Source of the DNA: Candidatus Minusculum obligatum
GTDB lineage: Bacteria > Patescibacteriota > Minisyncoccia > Phycocordibacterales > Phycocordibacteraceae
Assembly (NCBI GenBank): GCA_002331145.1
Contig: DCYT01000004.1
Coordinates: forward strand, 1 to 46,301
Length of the DNA stretch: 46,301 nucleotides
Reading direction: 5' to 3'
Part shown: piece by piece, positions 18,823 through 28,696 of the stretch
Layout: the number at the start of each line of letters is the position of its first letter
Position numbering within the stretch: the stretch's first letter is position 1
The notes under the pieces: generated by a model
The model's database searches: none
What the model saw: only the letters and a program-made list of their open reading frames with translations
What the model was told of the DNA's origin: nothing
Position numbers and translations under genes: made by a program

Positions 18823-19455
18823 CTATCTGCCTGTCGAAGTGACAATGACCGTTCCTGGATCCCAGAACTTAGTATTGTACTGAGAAGCTTGTATGTCCCA
18901 ACCATTTTGGGTCCAGACAGCAATTACACTCCATTTTTTACCCTGACGATCACGAATATAGAAAACGTTCTTTGTACCATCGACATTTAGAGTCTTTGAT
19001 CTGAAATCATCGGGATCTCCTCTCGCATTGCTTAAAGCAATCCAGATTTTCTCAATCGTAAGCAAGCGACGAAAATCAACCTCTTGAGCAAACTCCCAAT
19101 CAGAAACTCCTGTGAGGAGTTCCCAATACGAAACTGAGAAATCAACCTTCACACACTCTGTTGTGTTTGGTAAAAGTTGTAAAAAACTCTCACCAATCCT
19201 TGAAAAAGGAACCCAGTCGTCTTCGGTGAAGATTTTCGACAAATCTACTTCCAAAGAGTAGTTATACATGCTGCAGCAAAGCTGCTTTGCGATACGCCGA
19301 GAATAGGGGTTTGCCAGAGCAACTAGCTCACGCATTCTTCTCTTGTTTTCAGAAAACGAATTCAGTATTTCTGGGGTACCGCCAGCTTTTGCAAAAGCTG
19401 CCGTGAATTTAGCAACAAGTCCTATGTTGCTAAAGGGATTATTTGGATTTGCCAC
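18823..19455 (-). CDS. hypothetical protein (ORFan)
   Basis: 210-aa ORF with GTG start after AAGGAG; Trp-rich C-terminus (WSVIAVWTQNGWDIQA...WDPG). Confidence 0.7.
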   Translation of the reverse strand: MANPNNPFSNIGLVAKFTAAFAKAGGTPEILNSFSENKRRMRELVALANPYSRRIAKQLCCSMYNYSLEVDLSKIFTEDDWVPFSRIGESFLQLLPNTTECVKVDFSVSYWELLTGVSDWEFAQEVDFRRLLTIEKIWIALSNARGDPDDFRSKTLNVDGTKNVFYIRDRQGKKWSVIAVWTQNGWDIQASQYNTKFWDPGTVIVTSTGR

Positions 19456-19571
19456 TTGGCCACTCCTTCTATTGAACGACTATCCTTTATGGATTTTGTC
19501 GTAACATTTATACATGACACCATGTCAATGCATGAGACTAAACCTACGCCTCATCTTTTATGAAGTCAATT

Positions 19572-19679
19572 TTACGTTCCTGCCCAAGGAGTTCCAAAAA
19601 GACCAACCGCAAGTTCAATCCAAATAGCAACAAGAGTGAGAACAATTAGCACCACTACAACTGTATTTTTCTTTTTCAT
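19572..19679 (-). CDS. small membrane protein, 35 aa
   Basis: MKKKNTVVVVLIVLTLVAIWIELAVGLFGTPWAGT; the ATG is 1 nt after the metG stop. Confidence 0.7.
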   Translation of the reverse strand: MKKKNTVVVVLIVLTLVAIWIELAVGLFGTPWAGT

Positions 19680-19680
19680 A

Positions 19681-21099
19681 TTAAAGACGAGCAAAAAGCC
19701 CTTCTGGCTTTTTATTCTCCAGCACTGCTTTTTTAATAATCTCTGAGGATTCTGGAAGAACAGAATTGAGAAGCCTTCCAATTGTGTAGAGCTCTTCTAG
19801 ATATTCTTTAATTAACCCTCTTCCCTTTTCTAGGTCAGTTTTCACAATCTTAAATGGCTCTTCGTCTGTAATTCTCTTGTCGAGTGCTCCAATTAAAGAC
19901 CACACATAATCGAGTGCTTCATTAAATTTAAAATTGTCGATTGCATCAGTATATTCAGATGGGAACGGTTTTGGCTCAGGACGCTCAATTGGATTCTCAA
20001 GGTGAGTCTCTGCGAGCTTTGTAATACGAGCTGTTAGATTTCCAATTCCATTTACAAGGTTTGCGGTATACCACTCATCTAGCTTCTCCCAGGTAATATC
20101 TGAATCATCTACGGGATGAACGTGTCGAAGTAGTAGGTACCGTGCGGCATCTGTTCCGTACTTATCTGTAAGCTCATAAGGAGAGATTACATTCCCAACA
20201 GACTTACTCATCTTGGCTCCTCCTGAGGTTATAAACCCATGATAGAAAACCTGATCAGTATTCTTTATATCAGCTGAGAGTAGCATTGCCTGCCAGATAA
20301 GGGACTGGAAGCGAACCTGGTCCTTCCCTGCTACCTGTAGCGTTTCTCCCTCCTCCCAGTACTTTGTAAAATCACCCGCAGGCCACCCTAGAGTTGAGAT
20401 GTAGTTTGTAAGGGCATCAAACCACACGTACATAACTTGAGAGTCATCTCCAGGAACTGGTACACCCCATGAAAGTCGTTCCTTCTCTCGAGAAATAGAA
20501 AAATCCTCAAGTCCGTTTTTTACAAACTCAATTGCTTCCTTTCGCCTCCAATCAGGAACGATGGAGTCTTCCCTTTCAAGATACTTTAGAAGTGCATCTT
20601 GGTAGTTACTAAACCTAAAGAAGTAATTCTCCTCCTCAATTTCAACCGGGTCCATTGTTGGGTGGTTTGGACACTTCCCATCTACAAGCTCGCTCTCCTT
20701 TAGAAAAGCCTCATCTCCTACACAGTACAATCCCTTGTACTTCTTTTTATAAATATCTCCTTTTGCCTCACAGCGCTTCCAAATCTCCTGTGCTGCTTTT
20801 ATATGATTTTCATCTGTTGTTCTGATGAATGCATCGTTTGAAAGGTTAAGACCTTCTTTCAACTTTTTAAACTGATCTGCGAAATGATCTACATACTCTT
20901 GCACATCTTTCCCCTCTTCTTCTGCTTTCTGCAGAATCTTCTGTCCATGTTCGTCTGTTCCTGTACTAAAAAAGACGTCATTTCCTTGTAGTCGCCAGTG
21001 GCGGGCTAGAAGATCTGCTTGGAGAATTTCAAGTGCAAAACCAACATGCGGATCCGCATTTACGTATGGAAGCGTAGTTGTTATGTACTTATTTGTCAT
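19681..21099 (-). CDS. metG: methionine--tRNA ligase (short form)
   Basis: YITTTLPYVNADPHVG, GTDEHGQKI, YVWFDAL, KMSKS. Confidence 0.97.
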   Translation of the reverse strand: MTNKYITTTLPYVNADPHVGFALEILQADLLARHWRLQGNDVFFSTGTDEHGQKILQKAEEEGKDVQEYVDHFADQFKKLKEGLNLSNDAFIRTTDENHIKAAQEIWKRCEAKGDIYKKKYKGLYCVGDEAFLKESELVDGKCPNHPTMDPVEIEEENYFFRFSNYQDALLKYLEREDSIVPDWRRKEAIEFVKNGLEDFSISREKERLSWGVPVPGDDSQVMYVWFDALTNYISTLGWPAGDFTKYWEEGETLQVAGKDQVRFQSLIWQAMLLSADIKNTDQVFYHGFITSGGAKMSKSVGNVISPYELTDKYGTDAARYLLLRHVHPVDDSDITWEKLDEWYTANLVNGIGNLTARITKLAETHLENPIERPEPKPFPSEYTDAIDNFKFNEALDYVWSLIGALDKRITDEEPFKIVKTDLEKGRGLIKEYLEELYTIGRLLNSVLPESSEIIKKAVLENKKPEGLFARL

Positions 21100-21124
21100 T
21101 CCCTTGAGGGTATCACAGCTTGTA

Positions 21125-22174
21125 TTAGGAAGCACTTACTCGCTTTTGCTGGAAATCATGCACGAGCTCCTGGATACCAGCTGCTATAGGCACAGCAAGT
21201 ATTACACCGATAACTCCAGCTAACTGTCCTCCTGCGATAATAGCGAGAATCACAAGAAGTGGCGGTACTCCAATCACCTTCTTCACCACAAGTGGATAGA
21301 TAAGATTTCCCTGGAATTGATTTACAACCAAGAAGAGTCCCGCAACGATAATGGCAAGCGTTGCCCCTCCATCAACAAGCGCAACCATAACTCCTGGAAT
21401 TGCAGCAATAATAGATCCAAATACCGGGATAAGCTCGAGAACTGCAGCAAAGACTGCAAGCAAGAGAGCATACGGCACACCAAGGATCATAAGTCCCAGG
21501 TATACAAGAATTCCAATAATGAAAGAGAGCATCAGCTGCCCTTGCATCCATAGTCCAATCTTTCGCTGAGACCTTCTCCATAGATCGATTACATAATCCT
21601 GATGCTTTGTTGGCGTAACAATCCGTAGGAAATCATCAATTCCCTGCTCTCGTACTGCAAAGTAGAATGAGAGAACAATAGTAAGGAAGAGTGAGAAAAT
21701 ACCTCCAAAGATTGTTGCCAGAAGCCGTACGATTCCCTCCCCAGTATCTGAGAATGATTCTTGCAATGAAAGAAGTGAATCAAGAATGGTTGTCTTTGCA
21801 GAAACTGTCTCAGCTCCAATAAATCCAGCATTTCCAATTGAGGTTGGAAGCTCTACTGTTTCAAGGTATTGAGGAAGAAGTGCCAAAAATGATTGTGCCT
21901 CGTCGAGTACTGGTGGGATAAAGTAATAGATACCTACAAAAATACTTCCAAATACCAGCAGGTACATGATGATTACAGAGAGTACGCGGTGTAATCGCAA
22001 ATGCCTTTTGAAAAACTCTACTCCTGGCTCAATTGCAGAAGCCAAAACGATTGCTGTAAGTACCAAAAGAAGAAGTTCTCGTAGTACAAAAATCGCATAT
22101 GCTCCAATAAGCACTAGTAGAATTTTGATAACACTCCCTGCTGTTATTGAGATGTTGATTGGTCCCTTTGTCAT
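21125..22174 (-). CDS. AI-2E family transporter
   Basis: Multi-TM protein with LELIPVFG and QFQGNLIYP...GVILAVP. Confidence 0.9.
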   Translation of the reverse strand: MTKGPINISITAGSVIKILLVLIGAYAIFVLRELLLLVLTAIVLASAIEPGVEFFKRHLRLHRVLSVIIMYLLVFGSIFVGIYYFIPPVLDEAQSFLALLPQYLETVELPTSIGNAGFIGAETVSAKTTILDSLLSLQESFSDTGEGIVRLLATIFGGIFSLFLTIVLSFYFAVREQGIDDFLRIVTPTKHQDYVIDLWRRSQRKIGLWMQGQLMLSFIIGILVYLGLMILGVPYALLLAVFAAVLELIPVFGSIIAAIPGVMVALVDGGATLAIIVAGLFLVVNQFQGNLIYPLVVKKVIGVPPLLVILAIIAGGQLAGVIGVILAVPIAAGIQELVHDFQQKRVSAS

Positions 22175-22186
22175 AGGGCTATCTTA

Positions 22187-23542
22187 TCACGATAGTTTTG
22201 AAATCAGATCCTCGATCTTCACACGTTCCTGTTCTGCAGTGTCTCGATTACGTACCGTAACGTCATTTCCCTCAAGAGAGTCAAAATCAATGGTCACACA
22301 ATATGGAGTTCCAATCTCATCCTGTCTCCTGTATCGCTTCCCAATGTTTCCATTGTCGTCATACATTACATTTCCAAACTCTTTCTTTAGTGTAGAAAAT
22401 ACCTCACGAGCTTTCTCTTGTAATTCTGGCTTGTTCTTAAGTAGTGGCGATACCATTACACGTACTGGCGCGAGCTCTTTATTTAGTTTCAAATACGCTC
22501 TCTCCTCTCCTCCTACAGTGTCTTTAGTAAATGCTGAAGTAAGGATCGCAAGGAATGTACGATCAAGTCCAAGAGATGGCTCGATCACATGCGGAGTGAA
22601 TACCTCCCCTTTTACATCATCTCTGTACTGAAGCTTTGCTCCTGAGTGCTCCGCGTGCTTTTTTAGGTCATAGTCTGTTCTATAGGCAAGACCGTAGAGC
22701 TCCCTCTGTCCAAAGGGGAAATCAAATTCAATATCAATAGTTTTTGTTGAGTAGTGCGCCCTGTCTTCTTCTGCAATATCTACTTCATGAATACGACCTT
22801 TGGTAAGTCCAATATCTTCCATCCACTCACGTAGTTGATTCAGCCAATGATTAAAGTTCTTTTCCCACTCATCAGGATGCACAAAGTACTCCACCTCCAT
22901 CTGCTCCATTTCTCGTACGCGGAAAACAAATTCTCGAGGGGTAATTTCATTTCGAAATGCTTTTCCAATCTGTGCGATACCAAATGGCATCTTTGGCTGC
23001 ATTGAGTCCACTACATTTTTAAAGTTTACGAAAATTCCTTGGGCTGTCTCTGGGCGCAGGTAAGAGTACTGTCCTCCGAGCGCTCCAACCTCTGTCTTAA
23101 ACATCATATTAAATTGCCGCACCTCTGAGAGCTCATTTTTATCAGGAGACATAATGCTGTTCTCTTTAATTGCATCTGTCATCTCCTCTAGTGTCATTCC
23201 TGCAGGATTAATCCCCGCTTCTTCAAGAAGATGGTCTGCTCTGTACCGCTTCTTTGTTTTAAGGTCTTCAACAAGAGGGTCAGAAAATCCTGCAATATGT
23301 CCTGATGCTTCCCACACCTTCTCATTCATAAGGATTGCAGCATCAACGCCATACATATCTTCCCTATCATCTACAAAACGCTTCCACCACAGGCGCTTAA
23401 TATTATTCTTTAGAGTTACTCCATGTGGCCCATAGTCCCAGGTACCTGCTAATCCTCCATAGATCTCAGACCCAGGGAAAATAAACCCTCGACGCTTTGC
23501 AAGGGATACGATCTCCTCAAGTGTTACCTTCTGATTGCTCAT
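22187..23542 (-). CDS. glyQS: glycine--tRNA ligase (alpha2 type)
   Basis: EIYGG, YLRPETAQGIFVNF, FRNEITP, HVIEPSLG, IGKRYRRQDEIGTP. Confidence 0.97.
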   Translation of the reverse strand: MSNQKVTLEEIVSLAKRRGFIFPGSEIYGGLAGTWDYGPHGVTLKNNIKRLWWKRFVDDREDMYGVDAAILMNEKVWEASGHIAGFSDPLVEDLKTKKRYRADHLLEEAGINPAGMTLEEMTDAIKENSIMSPDKNELSEVRQFNMMFKTEVGALGGQYSYLRPETAQGIFVNFKNVVDSMQPKMPFGIAQIGKAFRNEITPREFVFRVREMEQMEVEYFVHPDEWEKNFNHWLNQLREWMEDIGLTKGRIHEVDIAEEDRAHYSTKTIDIEFDFPFGQRELYGLAYRTDYDLKKHAEHSGAKLQYRDDVKGEVFTPHVIEPSLGLDRTFLAILTSAFTKDTVGGEERAYLKLNKELAPVRVMVSPLLKNKPELQEKAREVFSTLKKEFGNVMYDDNGNIGKRYRRQDEIGTPYCVTIDFDSLEGNDVTVRNRDTAEQERVKIEDLISKLS

Positions 23543-23543
23543 A

Positions 23544-25421
23544 TTAGTTACTTACCACTCCTTGTGCTCCAGTATATGACGGATCATCAGTTATTGCAGT
23601 AGTTTTGGCTCCTCCTATAGTTTGTACGGTTGTTTGTGTGAAGCGATCAAATCCTTCAAAGATTTGCTGCCCTATAACTTGGATTACATCTCCTGCTTGA
23701 GAAGATTGCGGTGTAATACCAACTTGAAGCGCAACAGTCTTTGATGAGTGTGCTGCAATCTCTCCAATATTCCACGATACTTCCCCTGTTCGCTCATCAT
23801 GAGTGATGGCAGCTGAAAGTGGTGTCTGTGCTCCAGTGAATGTCGCGTACGATGGCAATACAAATCGTACAGCAGAGTTTGCAATAGTGTTTGTTGTATT
23901 TCCTGCAATCAGTGTGAGTGTGTAGGTAGTGAGTTCTCCTGCCTTTGGTGGCCACGGCCCAATATTTGTAAATGGTCCTGTTGTCCGTGTAAGCGATGTA
24001 GCAAGAGATAGTGCTGATGCAATAGAAATGTCACGCTCTACTTTGTTCGTTACAGTAGAAGGAGCTCCGCTTCCAACTTCACGCCCTGATACAGTTCCTA
24101 CTATATCGAGTGCTGGATTTCGAGCAGATCCAAGCTCGGCTGTTGTTTTTATAGGGAGCGTGAAGGTTACCGTTCCACGCTCTTCTGGATCAAGTGTCGC
24201 AAGCTCTGAGTTTGTCTCTTTGTTAAACGTAATTGTTTTTGTTCCTGCATTATAGAATCCTCTTCCTGCTGAGATACGCGTTTCATCAAATGCATTTCCT
24301 GAGAAAGTAATTTTGATCTCTGCATCAAAGATCTGGCTATCGAGATTATTTTTCCAGGTAAGGCGCCCTGTGAGATCATCACCTGCATCTACGGTAAGAG
24401 ATTCACTTGCGTCCCCATCAAGAGACATTGAGACTGCAAGCTGACTATCTACGAGTGCCACTTTTACATTCTGTTCCATATAGATGAGTCCTAGACTATT
24501 TCCTCCTGGAGATAGATCAGTTCCAATGTATGCATTAATGAATCTCTCATCTCCAGAGTTTCCTACAATGTCTCCTGTTATCGTTACTGTCTCTTTCTCT
24601 CCTGGCTTAAGGGTTCCAAGGTCCCACACATTATTTCCAATGTCTGCTGTTGGATTTGCATCACGCACTGAATACCCAAATGGATACTCCAGAAGGAGCA
24701 CAGCATTTGGTACTGACTCTTCAGAATTTGTCTGCACCGTTATTGTTGTACTAAAACTCTCACCTGGTGCCACCTCTTCTGGTGCTGAAAGTGTTACCGC
24801 GAGAGGCGCGCTCGTTATGATCACAGGATAGACTTCCTCTTTTACTACAATTGCATTTGAACTCTCTGGCCTAAATTCAATACGGAGTTTGATTTCCTTT
24901 TCCTCTCCCTCAGTTCCAAACAAGACTCCCTCAAAAGCTAACTCTTTCTTTTCTCCTGGCTTTAGAGGACCAAGTGAGAGAGTTTTGTATTGTAATTCCT
25001 TACTTACATCGAGTGCATCTCGTGTTCCTGTTGGGAATGTAACGGTAAGTTCAGCAAATGGAAGATTTACCGGGTTTGTATTCTTTACCGTTGCTTGAAT
25101 TAACACACTCTCCCCCGATGCAATTGCTGGAGGAATCTCTACATTAAATTCAATGTTTTTAGGAGATACAGTTCGTCCTCCCTGCAGTACAAAAAATGCA
25201 GCAATGATAATTGCGAGAGCAAAAAATCCTGCAGATCCTAGAAGGAACCATGTAGCATATGGCTTGTGTGGCTTTTCTTCTTTTTGCACTGGAGGAGTCC
25301 ACGCTTCCTGCTCGACAGCTTTAGGTGCTGCTGTCTTAGTGGTTGGAGAAAATCCCCGCCTTGAGGCGGTTTTCTTATATAAATCAGTTCGTAGAGAGTC
25401 TAATTTACCCTTCTGGTTCAT
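23544..25421 (-). CDS. membrane-anchored multi-Ig-domain (DUF11-like) protein
   Basis: Single TM then repeated beta-sandwich units (WDLGTLKPGEKETVTITG, WNIGEIAA). Confidence 0.75.
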   Translation of the reverse strand: MNQKGKLDSLRTDLYKKTASRRGFSPTTKTAAPKAVEQEAWTPPVQKEEKPHKPYATWFLLGSAGFFALAIIIAAFFVLQGGRTVSPKNIEFNVEIPPAIASGESVLIQATVKNTNPVNLPFAELTVTFPTGTRDALDVSKELQYKTLSLGPLKPGEKKELAFEGVLFGTEGEEKEIKLRIEFRPESSNAIVVKEEVYPVIITSAPLAVTLSAPEEVAPGESFSTTITVQTNSEESVPNAVLLLEYPFGYSVRDANPTADIGNNVWDLGTLKPGEKETVTITGDIVGNSGDERFINAYIGTDLSPGGNSLGLIYMEQNVKVALVDSQLAVSMSLDGDASESLTVDAGDDLTGRLTWKNNLDSQIFDAEIKITFSGNAFDETRISAGRGFYNAGTKTITFNKETNSELATLDPEERGTVTFTLPIKTTAELGSARNPALDIVGTVSGREVGSGAPSTVTNKVERDISIASALSLATSLTRTTGPFTNIGPWPPKAGELTTYTLTLIAGNTTNTIANSAVRFVLPSYATFTGAQTPLSAAITHDERTGEVSWNIGEIAAHSSKTVALQVGITPQSSQAGDVIQVIGQQIFEGFDRFTQTTVQTIGGAKTTAITDDPSYTGAQGVVSN

Positions 25422-25460
25422 AGGAAAACTATAGCACGGGTATAAAATTTAAAAATTATT

Positions 25461-25491
25461 AAATGGCCCCAAACAAAGTTTGGGGCCATTT
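25461..25491. terminator. terminator hairpin
   Basis: AAATGGCCCCAAAC-AAA-GTTTGGGGCCATTT. Confidence 0.8.
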
Positions 25492-25509
25492 TGCGCAGGA
25501 TAGGTTTGG

Positions 25510-25701
25510 TTAGATTGTAACCTGTCCTTGTTTTTTGAAGCTGCCAGTTATGGACTTGCGCCCGTAGACATAGACGTTTCCGCTTCCCTGCCGCTTCGCA
25601 TGGAAAGTTTCAGAGCGAGTTTTCCCATCGCTCCCCTTCCACTGATGTACGATTTGTGCTGCGCTGTGATCACGACTCACGCTTATAACTTTGATAGACA
25701 T
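25510..25701 (-). CDS. small basic hypothetical protein (ORFan)
   Basis: 63 aa, with its own TGCTATAGT promoter upstream and terminator downstream. Confidence 0.6.
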   Translation of the reverse strand: MSIKVISVSRDHSAAQIVHQWKGSDGKTRSETFHAKRQGSGNVYVYGRKSITGSFKKQGQVTI

Positions 25702-25782
25702 CCTTCGTCCCTTTCAAGTGAACGGTTTACAGATGAATGCTTAAAGCAAGCACTCCGTTAGAGACTATAGCATATATCTATA

Positions 25783-26022
25783 TTATGTCAATGTTTCCTC
25801 AAGAATAAAGCGTGTTCGTACTTTTCCATCAGGCCACTCTATTTCTTCAAAAAACTCATCAAGGTCTCTACATTTCACCATTCCATATTTAAGAGAGATG
25901 TATACGGCAATTTTTCCTCCTACTCGTGCATTGGTTGATTCATCTGCAATAGCAAGGAGAAGGTACCTTCCTCCCCCGTGATGTCCGTATACTTTGTTGA
26001 GCTGTATGTTTTCGATGTTCAT
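25783..26022 (-). CDS. DUF1653-like small protein
   Basis: YGHHGGGRY...VYISL...CRDLDEFFEE...RF pattern; paralog at 38677-38937. Confidence 0.75.
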   Translation of the reverse strand: MNIENIQLNKVYGHHGGGRYLLLAIADESTNARVGGKIAVYISLKYGMVKCRDLDEFFEEIEWPDGKVRTRFILEETLT

Positions 26023-26024
26023 TG

Positions 26025-26201
26025 TTATGGCTTCCAGTCTTTTATTACAAAACTCTTCCCCTTTCGCTCTACTACCACCTTCTGTCCATCTCTCCACTTA
26101 AGTGCACGAACATCATCTATGGGGAGTGTTATAGAAATACTCCCTCCCCCGTTTTTGTTTAGTTTACGTACGTTATAGTCTTCTTGTTTTTTACGTCCCA
26201 T
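26025..26201 (-). CDS. AbrB/MazE/SpoVT-family DNA-binding protein, 58 aa (absent from ORF track)
   Basis: Hand translation: MGRKKQEDYNVRKLNKNGGGSISITLPIDDVRALKWRDGQKVVVERKGKSFVIKDWKP*. Confidence 0.85.
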   Translation of the reverse strand: MGRKKQEDYNVRKLNKNGGGSISITLPIDDVRALKWRDGQKVVVERKGKSFVIKDWKP

Positions 26202-26309
26202 ATAGTTTTAGTGTAGCAGATTAATTCGGGAGTTATTCGGGATGTTTGACAAGCAGAGACTCTTTTGACAAAGTCTTACAAGATTCAACTTGTAAAAGGA
26301 ATTGATTCC

Positions 26310-26645
26310 ATGCCAACAATCGTTATCAATGGAGTTACCATCTCTGCTGGTCGAAGCATTTCTATCAAAAGTGGTCGTGTGACCATTGATGGGGAGGACG
26401 TCACGCCTGATGGAAAAGAAATCAATATTTCCATTGAAGGAAACATTGATCGCCTAGAAGCTGATGCCTGTGAGAAAATCTCTGTGAAAGGCAACATTAA
26501 TTCTGTCGGCACTGTATCTGGCGATGTTGATGTTGAAGGAGATGTTCGTGGTTCTGTGAGCACCATGTCTGGCGATGTTGATTGCGGAGGAGGTATTGGA
26601 GGAAGTGTCTCCACCATGTCCGGAAACGTTAAACACCGCAAATAA
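26310..26645 (+). CDS. small beta-helix repeat protein (DUF4097/adhesin- or bactofilin-like)
   Basis: Repeats of VxGxVxSVxTxSGDV; AAGGA upstream. Confidence 0.75.
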   Translation: MPTIVINGVTISAGRSISIKSGRVTIDGEDVTPDGKEINISIEGNIDRLEADACEKISVKGNINSVGTVSGDVDVEGDVRGSVSTMSGDVDCGGGIGGSVSTMSGNVKHRK

Positions 26646-26691
26646 ATCAAACCCACCAATTAACGGAAAGTCCGCCTTGGTGGGTTTTCTG

Positions 26692-27444
26692 TTACTCCTT
26701 TGTCTGCCAGATGTTATTACATGCAGCGCTTCTCTCGTATCCTGCTTCTTTTGCTTCCTCTTCAGTACAGAAGTATTGCTCTCCTTTTCTTGGATCTATC
26801 TTTACCCTCTTATAGTTAGGGCATCCTGGAAGGAAATAGTCTTTGGTATAGCTTTTGGTTATATTTCCTTTTATTACACATTCTTTGGAGAAAGGGTCTG
26901 TATCTTGCTCCCCTGCCCTTGTTTCTTCTTGTATATCGCAGACTCCCCATAGTCCTTTGTTATTCTCCTTTGCTTCTCTCTCATCTGCTTGTAGTTGCGC
27001 AAGGTATGTTCTGTTTGGCTGTATGTATGCTTCTTGTGCATATCCATTCTCTACCAGCATGCTGTTTACAAATAGATTGTCCTTCTCTGGGTCTTCTTCA
27101 TATATAAATACGTAGCGGAGCAGTCTATCAAAGCTATCTTGTGCGGTTTGGTCCTTTTGCAAGAGTATTTCCTTTCCAAGGAGTGTCTTGGTTAAGTATT
27201 CCTTTGCTTCTTTCCCGTAGCAGGAGTTTAGCTCTGGTGCATCAATGTTTAAGAGTCTGATGCGGATGTTGTTTTCTATTAGTATGGTGTCGCCATCTAT
27301 TACCTTCTCTACCAGGTGTGTGCGGTTTTCAAAGTTTGCGCCGTATGTGTCGTATGTTTTGTATACCTCATAACCTCCGTATCCGCCGGCAGCAAGAACA
27401 AATGCCAAGACGGCCATGATTACCTTGTGCGGGAGGGGTTTCAT
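26692..27444 (-). CDS. membrane-anchored thermonuclease (SNase) with C-terminal Cys-containing domain
   Basis: VIDGDT, IRLLNIDAPE, DSFDRLLRYV, NSMLVENGYA, KGLW, then CVIKGNI...FCTEEEAKEAGY. Confidence 0.92.
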   Translation of the reverse strand: MKPLPHKVIMAVLAFVLAAGGYGGYEVYKTYDTYGANFENRTHLVEKVIDGDTILIENNIRIRLLNIDAPELNSCYGKEAKEYLTKTLLGKEILLQKDQTAQDSFDRLLRYVFIYEEDPEKDNLFVNSMLVENGYAQEAYIQPNRTYLAQLQADEREAKENNKGLWGVCDIQEETRAGEQDTDPFSKECVIKGNITKSYTKDYFLPGCPNYKRVKIDPRKGEQYFCTEEEAKEAGYERSAACNNIWQTKE

Positions 27445-27533
27445 TGGATTTAGTGTAGCAGAGGTTTAGTATTATTGACTTACTTATAGAAATATTGCAC
27501 CCTGTATCTAGACCGCAACCAATGGAGGTTTTA

Positions 27534-27851
27534 ATGCGGACAATCTTTAATTACCAAGGCATCCTACTTCTTCTGGTGGCAGTTACTATGATGGCGGGAT
27601 GTACTCCTCGAGTGAACACAACTGATCTCGGTGTCGATCCCAGTGACAGCAGCCTGCACTACATTGCTTATGGCGATGTCGTCATGCAAACCGATACGGA
27701 TGCGCCGGTCCTGAGCCCTCAACGGATCACCCACAAAATCAATGGTGAATTTGTCACCCTGGAGGTGCTCCGTTCTGTGCGCGGAGCTTCGGCACACCAG
27801 GTTCCGACGACTGACTACGAGGCTGAACTTTGGGAACAGCGGTACGGCTAA
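27534..27851 (+). CDS. putative lipoprotein (ORFan)
   Basis: GGAGG SD; signal peptide ending MMAGC (lipobox-like); more GC-rich than its flanks. Confidence 0.65.
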   Translation: MRTIFNYQGILLLLVAVTMMAGCTPRVNTTDLGVDPSDSSLHYIAYGDVVMQTDTDAPVLSPQRITHKINGEFVTLEVLRSVRGASAHQVPTTDYEAELWEQRYG

Positions 27852-27923
27852 TACACTGGCCGACATTTCAAACGGAAAGATCGCTATAACGACTTTCCTC
27901 GAGATGTCGGTCTTTCCTTTTGT

Positions 27924-28562
27924 CTATATATTCTTAAAAAGCTTTGCGGCAATCTCCTCTGCTACCCACACCTTCTCTTTATTTGGAGAATCACCAGCAA
28001 TTTTCATAAGAAGATCATGGTATTCAGGATCTTCTTCCTTAATGCGTGGCATTGCCACATAGAATGGTTTTCGGTATTCGCCCCGCATTTCAAACCACCA
28101 ATTTATTGCTCGTTCAAAAAATGCATACTGGTGTCGCAAAAACATATATGGAGTGTCAATATCATCTTTAAGACTGTTTGCCTTATGAGTAAGATATTGT
28201 TCCATTCTTTCTTTATCTTCTTTACTTAGTGTTACTCCCTTCTCATATAAAGATCGTGCAGCATTAAGTGCTGTGCTTCCAACGCTTTCTTCTTCCCAAA
28301 GTACTTTTGCAAATTGTAGTTGTACTCCAAAGACGTCGAGTATCTCGTTTTCTTTTACAGGTGCTTTAACTGCTTTCCATTCAACATCTGCACCTTCTAC
28401 ATCTTCTCGTCCAGAGAAGTGTGGTGGCGTGTCTGTGTATAGGAGGTATAGGTCCCAGTCACTGTTTCCTCGCTCTTTCCCAATGGCGCGTGACCCATGC
28501 AAAATAATTGCTTGTGGGTTATGAGTTTCTTTTATGTGTTGGATGATTTTTTCTTTATTCAT
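27924..28562 (-). CDS. nucleotidyltransferase (Pol-beta superfamily) with C-terminal helical domain
   Basis: IILHGSRA.G...SDWDL motif. Confidence 0.85.
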   Translation of the reverse strand: MNKEKIIQHIKETHNPQAIILHGSRAIGKERGNSDWDLYLLYTDTPPHFSGREDVEGADVEWKAVKAPVKENEILDVFGVQLQFAKVLWEEESVGSTALNAARSLYEKGVTLSKEDKERMEQYLTHKANSLKDDIDTPYMFLRHQYAFFERAINWWFEMRGEYRKPFYVAMPRIKEEDPEYHDLLMKIAGDSPNKEKVWVAEEIAAKLFKNI

Positions 28563-28568
28563 GAGTGA

Positions 28569-28672
28569 TTTTCGAAATTTACACTATATGTATCGTATGT
28601 TTTATATACCTCATGCCCTTCACGCCCCCTTATAAGTGACTAAAGAGTTTTATTGGAATTTAGTGTAGCAGA
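28569..28672 (-). pseudogene. remnant of a thermonuclease 5' end and its promoter
   Basis: 28569-28614 matches 27326-27371 at 38/46 nt and encodes EVYKTYDTYSVNFE. It has the same upstream TTTAGTGTAGCAGA, and the ATG is replaced by ATA. Confidence 0.8.
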
Positions 28673-28696
28673 GAAATAAAAAATAATCGTGAAGAT

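Noticed and set aside
26500-26630. Tandem DNA repeats (CACCATGTC, TCTGGCGATGTTGAT)
   Set aside because: Explained by the protein-level STMSGDV beta-helix repeats.
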